Below, one piece after another: positions 12,304-24,431 of a stretch of DNA of 64,000 nt. The notes below the pieces were generated by a model that was not told where the DNA came from, searched no databases, and saw nothing but the letters and a program-made list of their open reading frames with translations. Every line of letters begins with the position of its first letter. Positions within the stretch are counted from its first letter, which is position 1. The position numbers and the translations under genes were made by a program. This stretch comes from Dimorphilus gyrociliatus (taxonomy: Eukaryota; Animalia; Annelida): NCBI GenBank assembly GCA_904063045.1, contig CAJFCJ010000071.1:55065-119064 (forward strand), read 5' to 3'.

Positions 12304-13426
12304 TTGATCAACTTTCCACCTAATTTTTGTTTTTAGAAAAATTTTAGAAAACTTTGCAATTACATTATAATTTAAAAATTTTGTATATATTTAACAAACT
12401 CATTTGAAATTAATGAATGACATAGAATAAGTTGAAAATGCCAACAAAATACACTAGACAATAGACAATAACAGTTTTAACATTTGCCATGTTCTCTCTT
12501 TCCCAAGTCAAATGAAATTAAATTATAACTCTGCTGTGGCAATATAAATAATTAATTAACTTACAATATTCTATAATGAAATTAAAAATGAATCTTATCA
12601 GAGATTGTTAAACATTTCTAGTTGTGAAATATTCAATAGTTCTTTTTTTCAAAAATGTCATATTTTTATGATTCTTTGAATATTCAAACTAGGCCTATAT
12701 TAATTCTTAACCTATGTAACATTTAGTAACGCAATCCATAGAAAGCATAGTATTGTGTCAAGTATAATTTTTTACCTTGATGCTGAGGATTTTCTAATTG
12801 TTACACAATAATGATAAAAATGATAAAATGTTTTAGGGCAACAGTGACTAGAGTGAAAGAATGAAATATTGGACAGATGCCAAAAGCATTCAATATACAA
12901 ATATTAATAAGAAGGTTAATCAATATTCAAATAATCATTCAAACATAATTTTGGATAGGTTTGTCAATTATTCTTTCACTCAATGGCTTCTAGAGTTCTA
13001 ATAAATTCAAATATTAATGGGAATGGAATAAAAACCCTATTAGTATGTTTAATGCAGCATCTATTTTCAATATATTCCTACTTATTGATTTTATAACAGT
13101 TTTTTTTTCTATTTTCATTTAAACTTAAATTCAAATTTATTTCTAGAAATTTTTTTTTAATTTGTTGAAAAATGAAGTGGCAGCCATTTCAAAAGTGGAA
13201 GTGGCAGAAACAAACTTTCAGTTTTAGAAAGGCATAAACTACTTTTACATATCAGACACAGTCCAAACTGGAGATAAAATGGCCCTTAACTCAGATTCAG
13301 CAATATTTCATAAGGTACTAATGTACAAGGCTCTGGACAGTTCAGCCTACTTTTGGACATTCATAACCCTGTTTGTATTGAAATTTCCCTAATTCATCAA
13401 CAAAAATATATTAGCCACTATTTTTT

Positions 13427-14271
13427 GGGTACAGGAGAAAATGTCCACTGGAGAAAACGTCCACTATAGAACTTCAAAGTAAGATATAAGATATTTGATA
13501 GATGGAGTTTTTAGAGAAATTTGACAGGAAAAAATGAATAATAAGAATTACAAATATTGAAATATTAATATATTGATTAAGTAAAAACAAGCATTATAAC
13601 AAGAATGATTGAAAACAGTGTAACAACATTAAAGAATAAAGGTATTTTAAACTGGTGAATAAATGTCAGAAGCTTTATCAAGTAAGTCCAGGGAGGTAAT
13701 TGAGGCAATTTCAAATTGTTCCCATAAGCTGAATATTTTGCTTTGAATATTCTGATATGCTTTTCTTTGCTGTCTACAAATTTTCTTTTCACTCAGTAAT
13801 TTTTTATATAGCTTTATCAGATCAGCTTCTCTTTTCAGTTCATCTAAAAGCAAATAGAATGCAGTGTTACAGCAAAGATTCTTGTTAAGCCTGTGATGCC
13901 AGCCTTCAAGATCATTATTTGTCCTTATAGCCTCACCATATACAGACCATACCTCTGGTTTATAAAATCCATTTATCCATTGTGTCTCAATGTACTCCAA
14001 TAGAGACTTCATTTCAATAGCACTTATTTCTTTAATAGTCTTAAAAGTTGGTTCTATCAGGTCAGAGGGCAGGAATGGTAATGCCATTAATTTCTTCATG
14101 ATTCTATATTCAGCTTTTTTCTCCTTGTACATCTTACATAATCCTAATTCCTGGAAATAAATATGTCAGTTCTATCTAGAGCTCACGTGCTAAATTAAAG
14201 TATTACTTGAATCTTTCTGTATATTGCCTGTGTCCAGTGAAAAACACACCCTTTAATGTTTGCTTCAGGAT
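13427..14271 (-). mobile_element. Truncated MULE/Phantom-like transposon (family A), 3' half
   Basis: TIR units GGAGAAAA(T/C)GTCCAC at 13433-13463; ORF 13647-14132 LPFLP...W...RTNNDLEGWHHRLN; upstream exon KGCVFHWTQAI separated by a short intron. Confidence 0.85.
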
Positions 14272-15061
14272 GGGTGCAGGAGAAAATGTCCACAAGAGAA
14301 AACGTCCACAGGAGAAAACGTCCACAAATGAGGAGAAAATGTCCACAAATGAGGAGAAAACATCCACAAGAGAAAATGCCCACAGGAGAAAATGTCCACA
14401 AATGACGAGAAAACATCCACAAAAGCAAATGTCCACAGGAGAAAACTTCCATAACTTAGGAAAAAACATCAAGACTAATTTTTTATATGAACAATGGTTT
14501 AGAGATTAATATTTGGTATAGATAAAAAGGTTTAAATATTGTTATTGAGATTATAAAAATTATGCAATGATAGATCCGCCATTTTGTTGAGGAACTATTT
14601 CCTGTTTATGTTTTCCTGTTTTTGGTTCCTTTCAAAAAAAATAGTTTTGTTAAAATACTATCTGTAAAAGATATTTACTAAGTTTAATTACAAAACATAG
14701 GAAAAATAGAAAAATTTGAATATCTTTGGATAGATCTTTTACATTTTTATCAACTTAAGGTGAGTTTATCATTAACTAAATCAGGTTTTTGAAAATTTTG
14801 AGCAACCATTTTTGATAACTTTCACTTCTTGTTGATAGATAATGGGATATTGCTACAAATGCAAGGAAAAAATGCTTGGAAGACAGAATAAAGAAAAATG
14901 TCAATTATGCCACCATTTGATAATGATTCATAAGAAATGTATTAAAGGTAAGTTTTAATTCAATTTTTAACAAATGGTATTATTCTATATGATAATTGCA
15001 TTAAACAGGAAATGATCTGTTTCTTTGCAACATTTGCCAAGACATTTCCAAGAGAACATGT

Positions 15062-16825
15062 TTGGTCACATTACAACATCTGTCTATCAACCAAATCAAA
15101 AGAATGGATTCTGTATTGGAAAAAGGAGTTGAGATAACAGATGAACAAGTAAGCACTGATGCTATAACTGAGAATGATGTTGTTAATAATGGTTCAGATG
15201 TTGAAAAAAATGGAAAACAAAATGATGTTGTGGAAGATAATTATGTTATTGTTGAAAACAATTATACAGAAGTAATGATTGGGTGTAACATTGAAATAAC
15301 AACAGAAAATCTTTCATATAATTCAAATAATGTGATGGAAACTTCTTTCCAAAATTCTCCAACATCAAAAAAAGTGGATATGGAGCCAACTTTCAAAGTT
15401 TTGAAAGGAATGAGTCAAAAAGGCCAAGATCTTTTAGCTTATGATGGTTATATATTTACAATAAAGATGAAAAGATTAACAAAAACATTCTGGACATGCA
15501 GTGTAAGAAACAAGAACAACAAATGTCAAGTGTAATCAATTGGAAGATCATTTTTATCCTGGAAAAAACCTCATTCCCATAAAAGAGAAGATGGACTGGA
15601 AAAGAAAATTACAATTAGAAAAGAAATTAAAAAATTGTGTGAAACTGAAACTTTCTTTTCTGGAAAAAGTATTAAAACATCACTGTGACTCTGAAAATGC
15701 TATTCCATCAATGGATAATTGTGCCAGATTAGCAAATTGGACAAAAAGGAGATTTCAGCCAGCAGAGCCAACAGATGTCCACTCAAATTTTGATTTATCA
15801 TTTATACCTCATAATTTTTTGGTGAAAGATATTAAAATGAAAGATGACAGGATAATAATATTTTCAACTCCAAAACAAATTGAGCTTTTGTCAAAGGGAA
15901 AGATATGGTTTTTTCGATGGTACATTCAAATGTGTTAGAGATCCATTTTACCAATTGTTCACTGTTCATGGATTCATTAAAAAACATGGAGAAATGAAAC
16001 AAGTTCCCTTACTGTTTGCATTTATGGCCTCCAAGAAAAAGACAGCTTATAAGAAATTATTTCAGGTAAATGCTTTTCAATTTGCAAAAACAAAATATTA
16101 AAAATGTTAAAACAGTCAATAAAGGAGCAGACCAATCAACATATACCAATGAAATTTGTTGTTGATTTTGAAAAGGGTATCTGGAGAGCTTTGTCATCTG
16201 TTTATCCTGATGTTACAATTAAAGGATGTGTCCTTCACTGGACCCAATCAGTGCATAGAAAAATTCAGGTAATCCTTGTAATCATTCACCATGAAAATAT
16301 GAATATATATTTTAATTATAGGAATTGGGCTACTCCTGTGAATATAAAGCAAAAGGAGAGAGCTATCATACCATGAAAAAAATTATGGCATTACCATTTC
16401 TACCATCAAACATCATTGAGAGTGCATTTAAAAACATGGAGCAGACCACTTCAACACATTTAGGACCATTTATTGATTACATGAAGAACCAGTGGTTACA
16501 TGGATATTACCCACCACACACTTGGTCTATATATGGTGAAGCAATCAGAACCAACAATGATCTGGAAGGATGGCACAACAGATTTAATAGGAATATTCAT
16601 GCAAACTCCTCATTGTATGTGATCATTGATGAATTAAAGAGAGAAGCAGAGTTGATTACACTTTACAAAAAATTATTAAGTGAGAGAAAGATCTGTAGAC
16701 AGCAAAGAAAACCATATCAGAAAATTCAAAGTCAGATTTTTGGTATATGGGAGCAATTTGAAGTTAGATCAGTATCTGCATCAGAGTTATTAGAAAAGGC
16801 AGCAAGCATTTATATTACATCATGA
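15062..16825 (+). pseudogene. FLYWCH-MULE transposase, frameshifted, two short introns
   Basis: ORFs 15062-15535, 15540-15938, 15880-16101, 16104-16376, 16325-16825; GT-AG introns near 16066 and 16270. Confidence 0.85.
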
Positions 16826-17174
16826 ACAACTTTAGCTGGTTACAAAAAACTTAGAAATTTTTAGAAAGCCTTATCAGAAAATTCAAAGTCAGATCTTTGG
16901 CTTATGGGAGCAATTTGAGGTCAGATTAATATCTGCATCAGATTTATTGGAAAAGGCAGCCAGCATTTATATTGCATCATAACTCATTCATTTAGCTTGT
17001 TACCATGTTATAAACTTAGTCTTTTATAATTTTTTTGCAGTTTGTTTTGTAGTTATTAGTTTTTGTTTTCAACATATCAAAATATCATAAATACAAATTA
17101 TATATTTATTCTCTCAATTTTCCTTTTCATCTTAATCTCCAAAGGTTTTAAAAAGAAAAATTCTCTTTCACTAT

Positions 17175-17809
17175 TGTACTGCTCTTGCTGGCAAAATCTA
17201 TGCGTTTGCAAGTTATAACAATACTGGTTCTACTCGAACCTTTAAACAAATGTTTAAATTAAAATGGTTTATTCGCAATAATAATACTTAAGCAAGTAAC
17301 AATATGAGAGTTCAATAGCAGAGTAGATAGTTTGTAATAGCAGGTTGCCAAATTACCAAACTGTCTTCCAATGTTGAGGAGTAGATGGATGGTTCCAGTG
17401 GAGGTTGTTTCCAGATGATTTTCCCAGGTCCTTGGGTCCAGATGGAAGCTGCATGCCAAATGAGAATAATGAGGATTTATATACTTTGAGGTTTGTCTCT
17501 GACATCCAATCATCACTTTACAGTTGCCGAAATGTGTAGTTCATATTTATCTTTAGTAACAGGATGTTACAAGGTTCAACATTTAGGAAGGTTAATTGAA
17601 TTATAACTTGGCCACACCCTAGGCAAGTTAATTAAATTATAACTTGGCCAAACCTTTATTGGTAATTAAAGATGAACCTTCAAGCTGACTAATCAGACTT
17701 ATGTTTGGCCAATGTTATAGCATTTTCTTGCGTAGGTTTTAAGATGTACATGTATATGTTGCATAAAATAATAGAGTTCAAGCATGTAAAATATAACCAA
17801 AGTTGTACA
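17175..17809 (-). repeat. Solo LTR with 4-bp TSD CTAT, inserted at the inner edge of the MULE-A right TIR
   Basis: Reverse complement of 5786-6420; CTAT at 17171-17174 and 17810-17813. Confidence 0.95.
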
Positions 17810-18609
17810 CTATGGACATTTTCTCCTCAGTTGTGGATGTTTTCTCCTGTAGACGTTTTTTTCTTGTGGACGTTTTCTCCTGTGAACATTTTCTCTTGTG
17901 GATGTTTTCTCCTCAGTTGTGGACATTTTCTCTTGTGGACGTTTTCTCCATAAACCATAAAACAGTATGCAAAGCTTATTAAACAAAATATTTGTATAGT
18001 CAACTTCATGATCAACTTTTAAACAGCAAAAGAAACTCTTTTCACAGAGTATAACTTTCTTAAATAACAACTTGCTTTTATACTGAAAATTTCATTTTTG
18101 CTGATTTTTCATTTGTAAGCAAATTTCAATCAACTATTAACCTTTTCTTTATTTACTGTATAAGTCAATTTTTCAACAATAGCAATAAACAACAAAAATA
18201 CTTTTTTAATACTTTCACCTTTTAATAATGAGCACATGCTGTTGTTTGAACTAACATTTGAATGATGATTGACATTTTATGCTACTTTAGTTAATTTTTC
18301 AATAATTTAATCACTTTTTGATGTAATAAAAATATGTTGTTACTTTAAGTTAGAGAACCATATGAACAACCTGAAAATTGAGTAAACAAGTTTTACATTG
18401 AAATTAAAGTATTTAACTGCTTTCAACTTTTGTTCATTCTTTTTCATGAATGGAATAGAATTGATTTTGACCTTGGCTTTTGTTTGGACGTAGAAATTTA
18501 TTATTACTAAATTTTGATTCCTATTTACTCTGAAAATGACATGACCTAATTTCTTCCATTCACAGAATATGTAACCAATGTTGCTAAGATTAGATTAAAC
18601 AGAGACTAC

Positions 18610-19237
18610 TTTACCACTCTTGCTTGGCAAATTTATGCATTTGCAAGTTACAACAGTGCTGGTTCTACTCGAATCTTTAAACAAAGTGTTTAATTTAAAT
18701 GGTTTACTTGAAATAAACTACTTTAGCTGGTAACAACATAAAAGATCAATAGCAGATTAGACAGTTTGTAATAGCAGGTTGCCAAATTACCAAACTAATG
18801 TCCATTGTTGAAAGGGTATAAGGTTTGTCCCAGTGGTTGCCTCCAGTTGATCTTTCCAGTTCAAGGTAAGACAGTTAGAGTAAAACAGTTAGGGTTTATA
18901 TAATTGCAGGTTTGTCTCCAATATCCAATCACTACTTCACTGTAGGTGGTCTAGGAACAATATGTTACAAAGTTGAACAGATGATAAAGCTAATTATTCA
19001 TACTTTGGCCAAATGCTAAACAAGCTCATTAATCTTAACTTGGCCAAACCCTAAACAAGCTCATCAATCACAACTTGGCCAAACCTTAAGTTGCACTTAA
19101 ACATGAACCTAAAATATGACCAGGCAAGGTCTGAGTTTGGCCAAATGATGATTAATTGTATTTCTGGCATAGGTTTTTGAATAAGTGGTATATAGTAGCA
19201 TAATAGTATAAATATCAAATATATAAAAAGTTGTACA
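18610..19237 (-). repeat. Solo LTR of a related, diverged subfamily; TSD CTAC
   Basis: Shares GCAAGTTACAACAGTGCTGGTTCTACTCGAA, AGCAGGTTGCCAAATTACCAAAC and TTGGCCAAAC blocks; ends AAGTTGTACA; CTAC at 18606-18609 and 19238-19241. Confidence 0.85.
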
Positions 19238-19277
19238 CTACTAAGCCAAGTAATTTGTAATAATTTTAAAAAGACTT

Positions 19278-21760
19278 CTAATGCACTTCAATTAAATTCT
19301 TCATTACTTTTGTATGATTAAATTGAATAATAAGATTTTCAAATTCATTTGCAGCATTCCATATTTTTCCTAAATCATGTTTAACTAGATTTTCAAGAAT
19401 AGTGAATACAAATTGACTATCTTTAGCTGCGTAGTGACTGAAATTCATTTCAGAATTAAATTCATCAGCATTATTGGCTTTTACAAGAGAATGTGCCACT
19501 TTTGTTATAAAATATGAATCTGAGAAGCTATAGTCAAAAGAGAACATATAACTATTAAATGGATTCAATGCTGATGTCCATTTCTCTCCAAATGATTTTA
19601 ATATATTTTCTAATTGACTTTCAACAAATGATACAATTTTTGTTTTATTCTCTCCATTAGCTTTCATTGTTTCAAGTTGTTTATATCTTTCCAAAATGGC
19701 TGACCATATTTTTATAGATTTAGCAAATTTTTCATCCTTCTTTCCATTACCAATTTCAACTATAACCATAATAATATGATGGTGAAAATAGTCCAGTCTC
19801 GTTCCAAGAAATCCAAGCAAATTTATTTTAAAATCCTCTTTTGAAGATTCTAAAATGATGCAGAAAAACTCTGAAATCCATCTTTTGGCAATGTCATTGG
19901 CAGGAAATTCAAAATGTAAATGTTTTTGAAGTAAATGAATTACAGTATTTCTCAGTAAATTTCTGTTCTTTTCCCAAAATTTTAATACATTTTCAATAAT
20001 CTTATGTTTGCTTGAATTGCATTTTTTTGGTTGAGTGGTAATTAGGTCAAAGAGGTCAATCTTTTCAAGGTCATTATATATGCTTAAAAAGTTTTTTGCT
20101 ATCTTGATATAGTTTATCCAAAGTAAAGGATTTTGTTTATTAAATAGAAAATCTTTTAATGCTTTTATACTATAGAAGAATTTTCAACATACACCAAATA
20201 TACTGAAGAAGCAGAAATTCCCACAATTACAATACAACAAAGTACAAATATGGCGCAGTCGACAGCCCACAATTCAACTTTAAGGAATGATATTTTGGTT
20301 TATGAAAGTGACAAAACCAGAGCAAAGGAAATAGATGAGTGTCTCTCTAAAATAAAGCCGTGATTTATCTCAAAAAACATGATAATTATCTGTACTAGTC
20401 AAATGAATGTCACACAATAATGTATGTATGGAGCACCATTCAAAACTAGGCTAACTCTGCTATACTAATTCAATATTACTTATTTGCTTAGCAGGATAAA
20501 TCTGACACAAACATTCAAGTTGAATCATTCAGTCCAACCCTCTCAGCCTTAGAGTAACACATTTCAAATTTTAAGACAAATTGCTAACACCATGTGTTAA
20601 TTGGATTATTTTTTCATTTAGTATATGTGAAAATATGTGAAATTGTGTTTGATTAAAAATATTTGTCTGTCATTTTAAACAATATCCTGCTCAATAATTA
20701 TCCTGAAAAATCTATTTTTCAGGGATAGCATTATCGCAGATTAAAATTAATGAAATCAGATAATGTTTTGTCTTGAACAAATGATAAAGATGTGTTTATG
20801 AATTTTACTTGACTACTTACAACACTTTCCTTCAAGCAGACCTACATAAATAATAGTGTCAGAATAAACTGAATCAGCTGTATAGATCGTTCTAGAGTTT
20901 AAATAACAAATATTATTATCCAGTCTGTAATCAATAGATCTGAAAAATTTTTCAAAATGCTTGAAATTTCAACATTTTTTATAAATTCCTACTTGCAATT
21001 ATCAATTGTAAAGCATAACTCCAAGCAAGATTTCCATGAATCAAAAGGGATTCCCTTGCCTGAATTTCCAGGGAGTCTTATGTCATATCGTGGGATTGGT
21101 GTGTTCAGCATCTCATATAAACAATCTTTCAATAGAGAAAGAGTGTAGAAAACAATGTTCTGTATAGAAGTTATATTTTAATACAATATCAACTTTCGTA
21201 ATATCACTTTTAAATGGTATTCATTTGATTAAATCATCCATAACTATTGTTTTCACTTTCAACATCGGTTTACTAGGCTTTTTCAATTCAGCTGCAAATT
21301 TCCCTTTTTTGATAAAAATAATTCATACTACAATTTATTTTAAGCCCAATCATGCATAAGTCTTCACTATACTTCAACAGTCTTCCCCATTCACATTTCT
21401 CGAATCAGAATCTTTTTTAAAAGGATCATAAACTGCTCATAAAAGTTTTTAAATTTAAATTTTGTTTCTATGAATTCTTTTCCAAAATGGTCTAATTTTT
21501 TCTATTTCTATATCAAAAATTTGCCCAAAGCCTGGCATCCTTGTGTCATTTCCAAAAAGGAAACCATAGTATAGAATGGCTGTCTTCTTTCCTATTTTTT
21601 TCACAGCTGTCTCTAAGTCTAAGAAGAAATCCTTATCCAAATCAAAGTCATAATTGACTTCTCTTGTTCTGACCTTGACATTTCCTAAGGAATGTTGTAA
21701 AATGAGCTTTATTGAAACAGATAACGTTGCATATCTCCTTTTGTTTCAATTTCATATAAA
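19278..21760 (-). pseudogene. Decayed protein-coding gene, possibly DENN-domain related
   Basis: ORF 19278-19820 plus stop-interrupted minus-strand reading LKDCLYEMLNTPIP...PFDSWKSCLELCFTIDNC..LLITDWIIIFVI*TLERSIQLIQFILTLLF, loosely like the cDENN core; family call is weak. Confidence 0.3.
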
Positions 21761-22064
21761 ATAAACTATTTTAATTTTTCACATTAATCGACATATAGAC
21801 AGAATCAATAGTGGAAATTATCCATCAATAAGTATTGAACTAAACCTAAAAAGTTAATCAATGTCAATTTATTGGAAATGATTGATTCTTGCACAGGTGT
21901 AAAAGGTAGAATATTAATAGCTCTGTTTTTCATACTGTGTACTTGAAAGCAATAAAAAATATCAGCTAAGAATAATTCCAACCAAAAAGAAAAGAAAAAA
22001 TCTGTTATGTGCATTTCAGTTTGTTACAAAATGATTTTTAGAAAACTATAGACTTAATCATTAA

Positions 22065-22151
22065 ATTTAAACATTTATTAAAAGGTTCAAGTAGAATCAG
22101 TACTGTTGTAAGTTTGCAAATGAATAAATTGGCTAAGCAAAGGGTAGTACA
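22065..22151 (+). repeat. 3' end fragment of a related LTR
   Basis: TTTAAACATTT..AAAGGTTCAAGTAGAATCAGTACTGTTGTAAGTTTGCAAA...GTAGTACA resembles 6335-6420. Confidence 0.65.
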
Positions 22152-22313
22152 TTACCACCTATTGATTTTTTTAATTACAAGACTAATCTTGCCACTAAAT
22201 TAAACAGGTATAAAAAGCCTTTACTGTATTTTAACACATTATTACTATTTTTTTTTCAATTTAGTTTTATAGATAAATTTATCCAATCTTCCTTCAAGGA
22301 GGGACTTTAACAA

Positions 22314-22521
22314 GGGATCAACAGAAAACGGCCCCAAGAAGGATATATGAAGGCAGCATTTTGGGTTAAGAAATGGTTAGGAGGAAAAGAGCATTTATTG
22401 ATTTGTAGTTAAGGGGGTCCCATCTAAGGGTTAGGAGTAATGAAAAAGGGTTAGGGATACATTAGGGATGGTTTAGGGTTAGGGTAAAACCATGCTTTTG
22501 GGGCTGTTTTCTGTCGCATCC
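22314..22521. mobile_element. TTAGGG-containing MITE (208 bp)
   Basis: TIRs GGGATCAACAGAAAACGG / CTGTTTTCTGTCGCATCC; flanks CTTTAACAA / CTTTAGCAA (9-bp TSD, 1 mismatch); GGTTTAGGGTTAGGGTAAAACC. Confidence 0.85.
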
Positions 22522-22726
22522 CTTTAGCAATTATTTATTTTTTATCTTTATTTTCATTTTTATTCTTAATTTTTGTCTTCTTTACTCATTCATTTAATTT
22601 TTTAGCTTTAGCTTTATTTAATTGTATATTACTCATATTTTCAATGTTCTTTTTGTTTGAATTTCAATACAAACTTTTCAGCATATTTATGGTTTCTCCT
22701 ATTTTCTGTTATTTATATATTTAAAT

Positions 22727-23819
22727 GAGTATGGGAAAAAACGTCCCAAGGTTGGGAAAAACAAGTAGTGGGAAAAGATATTTGAATTTTAAAAAGATTG
22801 CTCTATTTTGGGAACGAATGACAATATACTGAGAATATAATAATTAATAATGAATATATGTTTATTTAAATGTATTAAAAATGAAAAAAGCTAAGAATGT
22901 TATACAAAGTTTAAAACTTACTAGAATAAAGTAAAAATTATGCTAAGACTCTTCTGTAAGAGGACAGCAGATGTAACCATTCCCAATCTGTATTCATCCC
23001 AAACAGCAAATACTTGGTCCGGCTTCTGGATGACACTTTTCTTCTGATACTTCTTTAGCCTTTTTTCTGATAGAAGTTTCTCTACAACTGGAATAAGACT
23101 TGATTCCTGTTTTAAAATATCTATGAGCATATCAAATGAGCCTATTGCAGGAGTCTTTTCATTTATTCTTCTGTGCCATCCTTCAACATCATTGTTAGTG
23201 CTGATGGCAAGACCAAATACAGACCAACAATTTGGTGTCCAAATTGAATGCTTAATCCAAGTACTTTCAATGTTTCTGTAAAAATAAATTAACTTTCAAA
23301 TATCAAATATGGCTGCCAATACAAAAATTATAAATAATAACTGACAGGAGAGAAGGGTTCTTAAAAAATGTATAATCTTGTAATATTCAAAAAAACCAAA
23401 TCAATACAAGAGTTTCAATGCTTAAAAAACAAATTAGCCTGAAAATATGCCAAGAACTGCAAAATTTATGTTTCACTTACAGACAATAGAAGGAAATAAT
23501 TCATTTCTCTTTTAATAGCATTACATAATTCAGAGAAAACTGGTAAAAACATCACAATACATATACCTTTCTTCAAAAATATTAATATTTTATTCTATAA
23601 ATGAAGTAAACAGCAAAAGAGAAAAACATTTCTGATTATAAGTATCAATAATTATGCCAAGTATATCTTTAGCCAGGCATAGGAAGTTTTTTCCCAAGCT
23701 TTAGGACGTTTTTTCCCAACAATTAGGATGTTTTTTCCCAACAATTAGAACATTTTTTCCCACCCTGGGACGTTTTTTCCCAGGGACGTTTTTTCCCAAG
23801 GACGTTTCTTCCCGACCTC
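22727..23819 (-). mobile_element. Internally deleted MULE (family B), TSD ATTTAAAT
   Basis: GAG...CTC ends; GGGAAAAAACGTCCC units and inverted GGGACGTTTTTTCCC array (23690-23815); 8-bp direct repeat ATTTAAAT on both sides; minus-strand IRTNNDVEGWH...EKLLSEKRL. Confidence 0.88.
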
Positions 23820-24431
23820 ATTTAAATTATCATATAGCCATTTCTTTTTAAATAAATTTTTGCTTTATAAATTTGAACATGTTCTGGCTTGTCTCAATTG
23901 TGTGGGCTTGAAACAAAAATATCCATACAAACATGTGTTTTATCTCAAAAATAGGTAACAGTCTATTAAAAAATCCCTCTCATAATGAATACTGTTGTTT
24001 GTACTAAAATAAAAGTTAATTGTATATGATTACACAAGAGTAGACCAAAAAATTATGTTTGCTTCATCCATTTTCATGTCTATGTGTCAAAAAGTGAAAA
24101 GAGTCATATTCCATTTTTGACCCATTTTTCCTTCCTTGTCTTTAAAATGTGTCTGATTTAAACTTTTTATAAGCTCATTTTTAGCTGTATTTTAAATATT
24201 AGGCCTATTTTTCATATTATAAAATTATATATAAATAACAATACAATGTAAATATTTAACGCCTATTGTTCATTAAACAATACTATTTTAACAAAGATAT
24301 TCTCTGGATACAAGCAATTAAATAGAAGATCAATTTTGTTTTAATTCTTAACAATTAACATTTCTTTACATAAACATAAAAATATTGTATCTAATAACAA
24401 TAATAGATATTTTTCACTTGGATAGAAAACT

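Larger units (their letters stand above)
14272..17956 (+). mobile_element. MULE/Phantom-like transposon (family A) with arrayed TIRs and decayed transposase
   Basis: Left array of GGAGAAAA(C/T)GTCCAC units 14272-14452, inverted array 17813-17950; FLYWCH-like (LLAYDGYIF...FWTC..R...C), DGTFKC, FVVDFEKG, GCVLHW, RTNNDLEGWH. Confidence 0.88.

Noticed and set aside
14272-14452. Short-repeat arrays (also 9909, 17813, 23690, 45500) as CRISPR arrays
   Set aside because: No unique spacers of constant length, no cas genes, eukaryotic context; they form inverted pairs around transposases
14195-14509. Repetitive ORFs on both strands (also 17705-18070)
   Set aside because: By-products of the TIR arrays
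15062-15110. BC-box-like TLQHLSINQI at the transposase N-terminus
   Set aside because: Short, low-complexity match with no cullin box and an uncertain start
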